From: an uncultured virus (IMG/VR IMGVR_UViG_3300033112_000355)
Lineage: Duplodnaviria; Heunggongvirae; Uroviricota; Caudoviricetes
Reading direction: 5' to 3' (one strand)
Virus record (IMG/VR): IMGVR_UViG_3300033112_000355
DNA: 20,000 bases
Positions within the stretch are counted from its first letter, which is position 1; every line of letters begins with the position of its first letter. Below are positions 6,804 through 15,896 of the stretch, one piece after another. The position numbers and the translations under genes are program-made. The notes under the pieces were generated by a model that saw only the letters and a list, made by a program, of their open reading frames with translations, was not told where the DNA came from and searched no databases.

Positions 6804-9620
6804 TTAGAATCCAAATCCACCGAAGCCGCCAAGGCCGCCAGATGCTCCTCCTAATAACCCTCCTCCTAAGTCAGAGGTAAAGTCATCTAAGAAAGATTGA
6901 CCTGATCGCGATTTCCTTGTACCAATTCTATTATCAGTATTGTCAAAGTCGGAAAAACTATCTGGTGATGGAGGGGTAAGAGGCGCATCAAGAAAACTGC
7001 CAATTGAACTCAAAGCTGCCTGAGGACTTGAGGTGTTAAGGCCTGACAGCAAATCAAAATCTCCAAACTCAGCTTTCACTTCTTCTTTGCTTTGTCCTGG
7101 GAAGAAAGACTCATAAAACTCTTTTTCTGTTCCACGGAAGCCTGCTTGCTGAAATATTCCAAATAGACCGGCTCCAGGTCCAACTGACGCCTCTTTATCT
7201 GTTTCTCTCTCAATGTAATCTACACCCAATGTCTTTTGAGTAATTTCTTCACCTGCTTCGGCAAGTTCTTTAATTCTCTCTCTTAACTCAAGAGTTTCGT
7301 CACCAGCGATAACAGAGCTAATAGTATTTCTAATATCATCTAATTCGTCATCACCTCCTGCAAGGGCAAGTTGCCTGCCAGCAGCAGTATTGGGGCCAAT
7401 TCCTGCATCATCTAAAACGCCTTCAGTAAATTCCTCTGGCGAAATAAAATCACCAAACACAGAAGTTCCATCTCTTTCAACCTGTCCAATAAGACTTGGA
7501 ATTAGATCAAAATTTTGAAACTGTTTAATACGATCAGGGTCAATTGGATTATCAAAAGCGGCAAAGGTAATAGGCGCACCATCTAATAAAATTTCGTTGC
7601 CTTCAATGTCTTTACCTCCTCTTGTAATATCAAAAAGTGTTCTGGCAAAGCCTGCTTTATCAATTGAATATACTAAGCTGCCGTCAAATGTAAGAGAAGG
7701 CTCAACAGCAACTCCACGTGTAAGAAGAGCGTTAATATATTTCGGATCACCTGCCTGTGCTTTTTTAAGCTCTGATGCAAAAAAGTCTTTCTGAAATTCT
7801 AATTTTCTTTCATACCTAGAGCCATCTGCTGCCTTTTGTTCTTCTACAGGTCGATTAAAGAATGGATTTTCAAAAAACCGAGCGTCAAATGTTTCATTTA
7901 CTGGTTTTAAGTTATTTAAGAACTCTTGAGTCTTTTGAGTTGCAAGATTATTCAAAGAATCTTGAGTAGTCTGAGTCTGGAAAGGGTTTTGAAACTCTTC
8001 GTCAACATTAATAAAGTTAATAAATTCATTGATTGATTTAGATGCATTAAAGCGTGGGCGTAGATAATCATTGATAAAATCACGCGCAAACTGAGAATCA
8101 ACGTTTACAGCTCTAATATTTCCATTTTCATCTCTTAATCTACCTACGAAATCAAAATCTGGATTGTTTGGATCATCTATACGTTTAATTTCATCGTCTA
8201 ATTCTTTAATACGTGCATAAGGATCTAACTCTCTACCACCTACGACAAACCTAGTTCCTGTAAGTGTCTTTAAAACATCTTGCCCACCTGGTGCATTTTG
8301 TAAATATTCAACTACTTCGTCAGAGGTTTGGAAGCCAATTTCTCTCAAAAAACTATCTTTAAATTTACCCGTTTCTGTATCAAAAACTTCTCCTTTTTCT
8401 TCTAATGCACGTGATCTAAAATTTGGATTGCTTTTGTTTGCATCATAAAACTCTTTACCAAATTGACTAATAGAAATAAAATTTGGATCTCCTGGTACCA
8501 AGCCAGCTATGCGTTCGTTATACTTGGCTAATACATCATCACGACTCTGTACATAAGCTGCAAAATCATCTGAAGAAGGTATAGCATTTTCAAAGATATC
8601 TTTTTCTAATTCCAATGCTGCGAATTTTTCGTTATAATCTTTTGCGTATCTTTCAGTTAAATCTTTTTCGAAAAAATTCTGCCAATTAACAATAGTGCTA
8701 TTGCCAAAAGTGCCTAAGGCTGAATTGAATGTACCTTCAATCTGATCTCTTACGCCAGGAGGAATGCCAGGCAGATCACCAAGTAAACTGTTAGCAGCAT
8801 TTGTACCTATATTAAGAATTTCGTTAAAGCCTCCAAGATTACCTAGTAAATCAAATTGATTTTGTTGTCTCTGTGCTCGCTCAAGCCTATTAATAGTTTG
8901 TCGTAAAACATCCTCTGCAAGCAGGCCAAATTGTTCAGTCCTTTGCGTAAGGTCTTCTCCAGCTGCAGTTATAACTGCATCTTCCGTTATTTGGCCCTCT
9001 TGCGCTGCTTTGAAACCCCTAATTGCAGTTTCTGTAGCAGGGGCAGCACCTTCGAAACCTATTAATTCATCTTCTGTACCTTGAAATTTTCCCTTCTGTG
9101 CAAAAGCATTAGGTGCCCTGCCCTCTGGGATACCTTTCATCACATAGTTTCCGCCTGCAAAAGAATTGAGGTCTGTGAAACGTGCTGTGATATCTAGATT
9201 GCCTTCTGCAACTGCCTTGTCATATTCTGCTTTTACATCAGGATTGTTTTCTAAATAGAAGATAGGATCAAAAAATTTATCACCTACTCCTTCGGTTTGT
9301 CCTGGTGAAGCAGGAGCATAACCTGGTACTTGTTTAGTATCAAAAGGTTTTACAACATTTTTTTTATAAAACTTATCGAATGCTTTTAATAGTTGATTTT
9401 TACCATTTTTGCTTAAGTTGATTCCATTATTTAAAGCTGATTTAAAATTCAGATATTGATTCATTGTGCCCTGAGCTATCCTGGCCTGCAGCACAGTGAA
9501 ATTCAAAGCTTCATTAAATCTTTTTTTCTGTTTTATTTGCCTGGGAGTTCCTGTGGTTATGTCTTTTTCATTTACAGTAAAGGTATTTGTTGTAGGATCA
9601 AACGTAAATAAATCTTGCAT
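6804..9620 (-). CDS. Large acidic probable virion (internal/ejection) protein
   Basis: 938-aa ORF that lacks Cys and His and has a Gly/Phe-rich C-terminus. The function is inferred from composition and context only. Confidence 0.6.
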   Translation of the reverse strand: MQDLFTFDPTTNTFTVNEKDITTGTPRQIKQKKRFNEALNFTVLQARIAQGTMNQYLNFKSALNNGINLSKNGKNQLLKAFDKFYKKNVVKPFDTKQVPGYAPASPGQTEGVGDKFFDPIFYLENNPDVKAEYDKAVAEGNLDITARFTDLNSFAGGNYVMKGIPEGRAPNAFAQKGKFQGTEDELIGFEGAAPATETAIRGFKAAQEGQITEDAVITAAGEDLTQRTEQFGLLAEDVLRQTINRLERAQRQQNQFDLLGNLGGFNEILNIGTNAANSLLGDLPGIPPGVRDQIEGTFNSALGTFGNSTIVNWQNFFEKDLTERYAKDYNEKFAALELEKDIFENAIPSSDDFAAYVQSRDDVLAKYNERIAGLVPGDPNFISISQFGKEFYDANKSNPNFRSRALEEKGEVFDTETGKFKDSFLREIGFQTSDEVVEYLQNAPGGQDVLKTLTGTRFVVGGRELDPYARIKELDDEIKRIDDPNNPDFDFVGRLRDENGNIRAVNVDSQFARDFINDYLRPRFNASKSINEFINFINVDEEFQNPFQTQTTQDSLNNLATQKTQEFLNNLKPVNETFDARFFENPFFNRPVEEQKAADGSRYERKLEFQKDFFASELKKAQAGDPKYINALLTRGVAVEPSLTFDGSLVYSIDKAGFARTLFDITRGGKDIEGNEILLDGAPITFAAFDNPIDPDRIKQFQNFDLIPSLIGQVERDGTSVFGDFISPEEFTEGVLDDAGIGPNTAAGRQLALAGGDDELDDIRNTISSVIAGDETLELRERIKELAEAGEEITQKTLGVDYIERETDKEASVGPGAGLFGIFQQAGFRGTEKEFYESFFPGQSKEEVKAEFGDFDLLSGLNTSSPQAALSSIGSFLDAPLTPPSPDSFSDFDNTDNRIGTRKSRSGQSFLDDFTSDLGGGLLGGASGGLGGFGGFGF

Positions 9621-9629
9621 CTAACAAAA

Positions 9630-9995
9630 CTAAGCTATCTTCAATTCTACAGGACCACTGATCAAGCAATAAATATCAATGGTTTCTTGAGCCACCCAAT
9701 TATTAATTTTAATTAGCCGGGTTTCGCAAAAGAACTCCTGTTTTCTATACCACTCCTCCATCTGGTAGCTGGCTTTATTTGAATTACACCTCTGACATGC
9801 AGGGATTAAATTGTTTCTGTTGCTAGATCCCGAACGATAACGTGGTATTACGTGATCAAGAGAGGTGGCGGGAGCACCACAGTAAGCACATTTGTTATCC
9901 CATGAATTGTATATTGATTCTCTAAAACGTCGTTTGGCTCGTTTGGGCGTTAGTTCAATGAGTAGGGCAAGCGGATCCTGTTCATTGTTAAACAT
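9630..9995 (-). CDS. Free-standing HNH endonuclease (McrA-like, CxxC...DH...N...CxxCN)
   Basis: CAYCG, SLDHVIP and NNLIPACQRCNSNK. Confidence 0.9.
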   Translation of the reverse strand: MFNNEQDPLALLIELTPKRAKRRFRESIYNSWDNKCAYCGAPATSLDHVIPRYRSGSSNRNNLIPACQRCNSNKASYQMEEWYRKQEFFCETRLIKINNWVAQETIDIYCLISGPVELKIA

Positions 9996-10046
9996 GCCTC
10001 TCGAGCAGTTATCTTATTCTAATCGAATTAACTCAAAAAATCGAAT

Positions 10047-10074
10047 TTGACAAAGCACTATAAACGTATAGTGT
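10047..10074 (+). promoter_or_regulatory. Sigma70-type promoter (TTGACA-N16-TAGTGT) for the Xis-like gene
   Basis: Perfect -35 TTGACA at 10047-10052 and TAGTGT at 10069-10074. Confidence 0.55.
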
Positions 10075-10085
10075 ACATATGTACA
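10072..10085. promoter_or_regulatory. 14-bp palindrome TGTACATATGTACA; cyanobacterial LexA-box-like operator
   Basis: Perfect palindrome with a GTAC-N4-GTAC core, overlapping the -10/+1 region of the predicted promoter. Confidence 0.5.
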
Positions 10086-10102
10086 GCTGCTGCGTTTGCA
10101 GT

Positions 10103-10315
10103 ATGAAAATTTCAAAAACCTGGAAGACGGTTCAGAAAACCCTTAATGAGCTGGGAATTGAAAAGGAGACATTGTTTAAGTACAGGGACGATGGAACCTT
10201 GAAGCTTGGTCCACACTTCCTGGCTTTCTCTGATACCTATTCAAGGGATAGTTATCGCTGGAATGTTAATGCAGTTAAGGAGCACCTAACAAGCAAGGGC
10301 TTGCTCGCGGCCTAA
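10103..10315 (+). CDS. Small excisionase-like HTH protein
   Basis: WKTVQKTLNELGIEKETLFKYRDDGTLKLGPHF...YRWN. ATG 10103 lies downstream of the predicted promoter. Confidence 0.6.
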   Translation: MKISKTWKTVQKTLNELGIEKETLFKYRDDGTLKLGPHFLAFSDTYSRDSYRWNVNAVKEHLTSKGLLAA

Positions 10316-10678
10316 GTAAAAGTTATTCTTTCTATCGCTGTGTGCGGCCAGGAGTGTATCGACATCTAAGTCGGTCTTCCCTGCTTCTATAGCTCTTTCA
10401 AGCGACTTCGAAAGATTAGATAAACGGCCTTGGATATTCCGAGGCTGTTTTTTTAACTCAAAAATTACTGCCCAATGTGGATGCATTGGTTTGATGGGTC
10501 TTTTCCTTCCTTGCAAAAGGACTGAATTATCTGGTCCCCAGGAAAAGTCTTGTAATTGTGAAGGCTTTAAACCATATGTGGCAACCATGCCGTACAGCCA
10601 CGCAATGCTCTTACTGCGTTCGCCTCTATCTAAATAAAAGAAATCATCAATGATGCGTTGGTCTACTGGTGTAGCCAT
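10286..10678 (-). CDS. Degenerate/truncated tyrosine recombinase-like protein
   Basis: WLYGMVATYGLKPSQ and R.IKPMHPHW..IFEL resemble cyanobacterial integrase box I (W..GM.ATYGLRxxE) and its downstream P..P.W motif. Catalytic Arg is replaced by Lys and no canonical box II is visible. Confidence 0.55.
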   Translation of the reverse strand: MATPVDQRIIDDFFYLDRGERSKSIAWLYGMVATYGLKPSQLQDFSWGPDNSVLLQGRKRPIKPMHPHWAVIFELKKQPRNIQGRLSNLSKSLERAIEAGKTDLDVDTLLAAHSDRKNNFYLGREQALAC

Positions 10679-10736
10679 GGCTAGAACCACAGAGATCCAT
10701 TTGTAAAAGCTTGCGTCTAGTTTAAACCATTTAAAT

Positions 10737-10967
10737 CTATGCTGGGGTGCCTCCTGTTATAGTCGCTGCCCAAGCATCGCCCATTGCACCGATGGTTGAT
10801 GTTTCTCCTGAACCAAAAGGTAAGTTGACTGTGTCTCCCGCGTGGTATCGCGAAGGGTTACCTGAAAGCTTCACAGGGCTTTTACCAAATTCTCTTTTGG
10901 TTAGCTGGCCTTCTGAAAGCTCAACTCTTGTTTGGATAATATCTCCGAATCCAGGTGTGCTAGACAT
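10737..10967 (-). CDS. Hypothetical 76-aa protein
   Basis: Likely start is ATG 10967 (MSSTPGFGDIIQ...), overlapping the stop of the upstream gene by 8 nt. Confidence 0.65.
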   Translation of the reverse strand: MSSTPGFGDIIQTRVELSEGQLTKREFGKSPVKLSGNPSRYHAGDTVNLPFGSGETSTIGAMGDAWAATITGGTPA

Positions 10968-12549
10968 TAGAAGGTTTGCCTCCAGTAGCAGGTACGTAAG
11001 CATTGCCGTCTTTATCATACATAGTAAAACCTTCAATTTTAATAAAGCTAGCAGGGATATTCAGCATCTTCTGCATCATGCTGATCATGATGGGGCTTTG
11101 TACATTCAGCGGAGGCACATCCATATAAGACAAACCATATGTGGTTATGTTGTTAAAAGCTTTTCTTTGATCTCTTTCTGTCTCATCAACTAATCTTTGC
11201 TCCCATGCCGCTTGTTCAGTTGTGAATGCAGGGAAATCAGAAGGCTCAGGAGGAAATAAATCGTCTGTATATTTCATGGCATAGATGTGCTTGCAGTATC
11301 TATACTCATCTAATAGATGGCTCCAGGTATCTTGAACTTGAATTAATTGATTAGGTTGACCAGCGGCGGCTGGAGGAATTGTGTCATAATCACCATATTT
11401 AACCATGCCTTCACTGCGTGGTACCGGAGCATTTGGATCCGAAGGAAGATCAGTACCCCTGGTATAAACACTTCCGAAGTCACTGAACACACCGGGAAAA
11501 TCACGGTTTGTATTCGACGGAATGTTGTTTATTTCTTTAGCATTTACTGATTGGTTATACGGTAACTCATATCCAGAAGGAGCGACAATTGTTAACGCTC
11601 TATCTTGTAAAGCTTGCTGCATAATGCGCTCATCAATTTCACCTGCAGTCGAGGTGACTTCATAGCGTCCCGGTTTTAATGTTGCACATTTAGTGAGAGG
11701 AAATGTCGGACTTTTTCTTTTTCCTAAAAACGTAGAAACATAGAAGTACTGACGACGCGTAAAGTCCTGACAGCTGCACGCATACTTAGATCCATTAATA
11801 AAAAATCTTCCTACCTGAGGGGCTCTTTGTGCAGGCGTAATTAATACACTATCAAACGTCGCCTCAACAGAACCTTGCTTACGTAAAATCAATACGCCGT
11901 TATAGGGTTCAACGGAATCTAATACCGCTGCAGTATATCCATAACGGATGCCTGTATTTGGATCGATTGTTTCTTTTGTAATTGGAATACCCGCTTGCGT
12001 CAGAACCCTGTCTTCTAAAACATCTCCATTCAATGGCGTTAGATTAGGTTGATCGCCTGGGGTTTCGATGAACAGAGGAGGAGGTAAAGGATTATTTGCA
12101 TCCCATGTGCCACTTAACTGCACACGCCAGAAATGTCCTGATTCCGTTACAGAAGCAATTGATAGATCTACATTATTCTGATCTACTAAATTATCAAATC
12201 TCAAGCTTCCTGCAAGAACAGATCCGCACCAATGCATACCAAGTTCTTTGTTCTTAGTCGGAAATCCTCTGATAATTCCTGCCATGACAGGGGGATTCTC
12301 GCCGCTCTGTGTTGTACCTGAGGGTAGAGGAATATTATAAGAAAAAGGATATTCAAATGCAGCATAAGCAAGATTAGAAGTCGCTAACTCATAACCTCTT
12401 CTCCAGCGGTTCCAGGATGCTTCTTTATTGCTCGAATAAAGAGAGTCAGCAACACTTCCACCGAACTCACCTAATATAGGAAAAGGTCCTAATGTTGCTT
12501 TGCTTTTTCGTGGCTCTTTAAATCCGAATGAATTACCACGTGGAGCCAT
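10960..12549 (-). CDS. Phage protein with split SWIM-type zinc finger
   Basis: 529-aa ORF with YACSCQDF (CSC at 11770-11778) and YCKHIYA (CKH at 11287-11295). Confidence 0.65.
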   Translation of the reverse strand: MAPRGNSFGFKEPRKSKATLGPFPILGEFGGSVADSLYSSNKEASWNRWRRGYELATSNLAYAAFEYPFSYNIPLPSGTTQSGENPPVMAGIIRGFPTKNKELGMHWCGSVLAGSLRFDNLVDQNNVDLSIASVTESGHFWRVQLSGTWDANNPLPPPLFIETPGDQPNLTPLNGDVLEDRVLTQAGIPITKETIDPNTGIRYGYTAAVLDSVEPYNGVLILRKQGSVEATFDSVLITPAQRAPQVGRFFINGSKYACSCQDFTRRQYFYVSTFLGKRKSPTFPLTKCATLKPGRYEVTSTAGEIDERIMQQALQDRALTIVAPSGYELPYNQSVNAKEINNIPSNTNRDFPGVFSDFGSVYTRGTDLPSDPNAPVPRSEGMVKYGDYDTIPPAAAGQPNQLIQVQDTWSHLLDEYRYCKHIYAMKYTDDLFPPEPSDFPAFTTEQAAWEQRLVDETERDQRKAFNNITTYGLSYMDVPPLNVQSPIMISMMQKMLNIPASFIKIEGFTMYDKDGNAYVPATGGKPSNV

Positions 12550-12551
12550 GG

Positions 12552-13337
12552 TTAGAAGAAGCCGCCTTGTGCAACTACTGTGATGCCCGGCGTATAGCCA
12601 GAGGGATAAGTATTAGTTGGGAGGATGCCTGCATATAAACGATCTCCCTTTTCTAAATAAACACCACGGGCACGGACAGGAGATCCGTTTGTTAAGGAAC
12701 TTACGTCTCCCGCTGCTGGTACTGGAGCGCTTAGTTGAGGCAGTACATCAGTGCAGTCCACATCTTGCTGTCCAGAAGCTAAATATTTGGTAAACACCAA
12801 AACATAATCACCACTTGCAGGAATAGGGTTGGTAGTTCCGCGAGTGTGATAGAACGATACGGTAACGCCGTATTGAGCATATAAAAATTGATTCTGGTAA
12901 GAGAAGCCAGAAGCGATGCCACCGGAATAATTTAAAGCTGTATTGACACCTGTTAAGGTTGCTGAGCCTGTATAGGTGTAGTAACCTGCGCCGCTAAAAG
13001 GTGCTCCAGCTCCTGTCAAGACTCCTGTTTCTTGAATAAATACAGTATTACCACTCTCTAAAATAATGTCAGTTCCTGACGTTGTAGTGTTTACAGTGTA
13101 GTCAGGTGGGATCTGATAATCACTACGAATAAGCTTAACGGAATCTACAACACCACCACTATTATTGTCGTCGGACAATGCAGCATCCATGTCAACAATC
13201 AGAGCCGGTGCCTGACCGCCTTGCACATCCAATGACTTGTTTGCAGAACTACCAGCAACTTGAGTAGTAAGTTTTGAGTGATCGAGAAAAGGACGATCAA
13301 TAAACAGTGGCTGCTTGTTGGTATTCGTAGATGTCAC
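12552..13337 (-). CDS. Hypothetical, probably structural, protein
   Basis: 261-aa T/S/G/Y-rich ORF in the structural block. TAAAAT lies 22 nt upstream of the GTG. Confidence 0.7.
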   Translation of the reverse strand: MTSTNTNKQPLFIDRPFLDHSKLTTQVAGSSANKSLDVQGGQAPALIVDMDAALSDDNNSGGVVDSVKLIRSDYQIPPDYTVNTTTSGTDIILESGNTVFIQETGVLTGAGAPFSGAGYYTYTGSATLTGVNTALNYSGGIASGFSYQNQFLYAQYGVTVSFYHTRGTTNPIPASGDYVLVFTKYLASGQQDVDCTDVLPQLSAPVPAAGDVSSLTNGSPVRARGVYLEKGDRLYAGILPTNTYPSGYTPGITVVAQGGFF

Positions 13338-13371
13338 TTTATTTCACTGAATAATTTTTATTTTACCAGAA

Positions 13372-13686
13372 CTAAACGCCTAAGAACCCGCCGAAATTAA
13401 AACCTGGAATATTATTGTTCATAAGACCTTTGGGAATAGTTTGACCAACCTTAGCAGCGAATAATGCATTAGGGTTATTGCTTAATGCTGCAAAAGTTCC
13501 AAAAGCTTCCCCTCGCATAAAACCTTTATTAGTATTGCCATCAAGATCAAAATCCATTTGATTCATTTGAAGTTGCTGCAAAGCATCAGAACGATCCATG
13601 GGAGTTCTGTACCTGCTAACCTGTGCTCTATAAACATCTCCAGGTAAATAGTTACCTGAATCGATGTAGTCGTAAAAACTAGCCAT
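13372..13686 (-). CDS. Hypothetical protein (possible virion component)
   Basis: 104-aa ORF coupled to the upstream gene by a TGATG overlap. Confidence 0.65.
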   Translation of the reverse strand: MASFYDYIDSGNYLPGDVYRAQVSRYRTPMDRSDALQQLQMNQMDFDLDGNTNKGFMRGEAFGTFAALSNNPNALFAAKVGQTIPKGLMNNNIPGFNFGGFLGV

Positions 13687-14306
13687 CAGAATAAACCTCC
13701 AAGTGGATTACGTAAAAGTTGCGAAAGGAATTGACCTTTAAGCTGCTCAACAAAGTTATCTTTAAGGGATGTAGCTTTTTTGTCTACTTTCTCGTATTGA
13801 TCAGTATCGTATCCTAGATTAGAAAGAATTTCATTAACACTCTTTCTTGTTTGTTTAGAGGGATCAGTGGAAGTTTGATCATAGATTACAGCGTTGTCAG
13901 GCACCATCGGAGGCGGATTACCTGGAGTATAAGGTACCTGATCCAGCATTTTTGGAACATACTGCTCGTACGCTCCTGATTTATAAACTGACCACGCACC
14001 TAAACCCTGTTGATCGTAAATAGCCTTAGCTGCTTTTGCGTTCGTTAAAGGATCAAAGAGTTCTTCATTTGATCTAATTCCAAACTGTTCTCGCCTTTCA
14101 GGACCCATTCCTCCAAGCATATTGATTTGGAAGATGCCATAACTTTGGTCGCCTGTATCTACATTCGGGTTAAACGCTTGTGGATTCAGGCTTGACTCCG
14201 CAGTTCCAATTCCAACCATTGTTGGAATCAAATTTTCTTTGAAACCTGCTTGGCGCAAATAGCCTGCAAGCTGTTCCCGAGAAAGCTTCTGCGACTTATC
14301 GGCCAT
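13686..14306 (-). CDS. Lytic transglycosylase/lysozyme-like (SLT-type) virion-associated hydrolase
   Basis: AESSLNPQA (catalytic ES), SYGIFQIN, LFDPLTNAKAA and GAWSVY. Confidence 0.85.
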   Translation of the reverse strand: MADKSQKLSREQLAGYLRQAGFKENLIPTMVGIGTAESSLNPQAFNPNVDTGDQSYGIFQINMLGGMGPERREQFGIRSNEELFDPLTNAKAAKAIYDQQGLGAWSVYKSGAYEQYVPKMLDQVPYTPGNPPPMVPDNAVIYDQTSTDPSKQTRKSVNEILSNLGYDTDQYEKVDKKATSLKDNFVEQLKGQFLSQLLRNPLGGLF

Positions 14307-15405
14307 ACCCAGGTCCTCCTGGACGGAAATTGCTTAACTGTTTAAGATACATTGAACGGTCTTCTGGACTGAGAACTGACTCAAGTCCAGGCTCGGAACC
14401 CATCCCTGCTGTCTGCTGCTCAATCATTCCATTACGGTAATAATCGGAAAGCGCCTGAGCAGAACTCTGCTGCACTCCGACAGGATTCTCCATATTGTAA
14501 TTCTTCCCTTGCATCGTTGGATTAGTCTGGTCATAAACAAGACCATCCATCAAGGGGTTACGAGTCTTAGGTGTCAGCATATCTCCATAGAGAGCCCGGT
14601 TAATCATCATTCCTTCGTCTGCGGAATAGTTAATCATCGGGGCACCTGATCTGAAATAAGGATCATTCTGTTGTGCAACACGTGAAACTTCTTGTTGATA
14701 TGCCCTATCCTCTAAATTTTTACGGGAAGGAATAACTTGTTCTCTATACTGATCAATTGTTAAATCTGGATTAAATCCGTCAATTGTGAAAACACCCCTG
14801 CGAGGCTCATTCGTAGGGGTTGGAGGTCCGTACTGGCCAGCCGCACCAGGCTGGGGAACTGGCCCAATAAATCCAGGCGTTGCTGAATAAGCCGTATTAT
14901 CTGCACCGCTGCTTGCACCCTTTTTATTTCCACTAACTGCTCTTTGGATAAGACCAGGAATTGCTGCATAACCTTCTCCTCGACCGAGGCTATCTGTAAG
15001 ACCTTTTGCAGTATCATAAAAGTCAACGGCAGCTCCAATAGGACCTACAACTTTACCTAAGTTTTTTAATACTGGAGCAGCACTTTTTACAGCGCCTGGC
15101 AACCTTCTAGTTCCTTGAGGAGTAACGTCAACAACTGATACCCTATTAACAGGTCCACCATATCCAGCTCCTTGGTTAGCCATGGGGGCTAATCCGCCTC
15201 TATTCGTAGGAACTAATGCGCCGCCTTGGTTTCCCATGGAGGCCATAGAACTAGGGCCTGGAGGGAAAAGAGCACCTCTATTACTTGTAGCTAAGGGACC
15301 AGGAATGTAATCGTTTCTTACATTCAAAGGCATCGACATGTTGACTCCAGGGATCATCCCTGTGAACTGAGCCGTTCCTCTCATCAAAACTTCGTATGGA
15401 TTCAT
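14296..15405 (-). CDS. Hypothetical Gly/Pro-rich probable internal virion protein
   Basis: 369-aa ORF lacking Cys, His and Trp, in the structural block. Confidence 0.65.
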   Translation of the reverse strand: MNPYEVLMRGTAQFTGMIPGVNMSMPLNVRNDYIPGPLATSNRGALFPPGPSSMASMGNQGGALVPTNRGGLAPMANQGAGYGGPVNRVSVVDVTPQGTRRLPGAVKSAAPVLKNLGKVVGPIGAAVDFYDTAKGLTDSLGRGEGYAAIPGLIQRAVSGNKKGASSGADNTAYSATPGFIGPVPQPGAAGQYGPPTPTNEPRRGVFTIDGFNPDLTIDQYREQVIPSRKNLEDRAYQQEVSRVAQQNDPYFRSGAPMINYSADEGMMINRALYGDMLTPKTRNPLMDGLVYDQTNPTMQGKNYNMENPVGVQQSSAQALSDYYRNGMIEQQTAGMGSEPGLESVLSPEDRSMYLKQLSNFRPGGPGYGR

Positions 15406-15407
15406 GA

Positions 15408-15869
15408 TTAACGGTAGGTAGCGTTGAGGTAAACATTTGAACCTACAGCGTTATCTGCAGGACCTGGTAGTGCTTGAATAAACTCAGCACCTGAGCGCTC
15501 ATAGCGATAGCGTGCTTGGAAAGGATCCTTGTAGTTAGGCACATACAAGATTGCCGCTAAAGCATTAGTCTCATACAGATAAATTTCATCCCATACTTTC
15601 AACGCTTCTCGAGCATTGCTGGATGAAATCGTCCGATCGACATCACCCTCGATCTTTTCAATACGAGTTGATGGAGAGGTTGCAACTTCAGTCTTACGCT
15701 CAGCTGTATCGCAACGACCTAAGTGATAAATAATCTTGCGATAAAAGAATGAGTCAGGAATAGTATTCATTGACTCTTCCAGGCGAGCGTAATCACCTGC
15801 TGGCACAGACACAGTGAAGTATCCTAAATGATAACGTACTCGACTTTTATCAAAAGTAGATAACTGCAC
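15408..15869 (-). CDS. Possible head-completion/adaptor protein
   Basis: 153-aa ORF with N-terminal LSTFDKSRVRYHLGY downstream of the capsid genes. The function is inferred from position. Confidence 0.5.
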   Translation of the reverse strand: MQLSTFDKSRVRYHLGYFTVSVPAGDYARLEESMNTIPDSFFYRKIIYHLGRCDTAERKTEVATSPSTRIEKIEGDVDRTISSSNAREALKVWDEIYLYETNALAAILYVPNYKDPFQARYRYERSGAEFIQALPGPADNAVGSNVYLNATYR

Positions 15870-15896
15870 TGGCCGACCTCTTATCTTCTTATTATA

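Noticed and set aside
10066..10086. NtcA box
   Set aside because: The GTA and TAC half-sites are not spaced by 8 nt.
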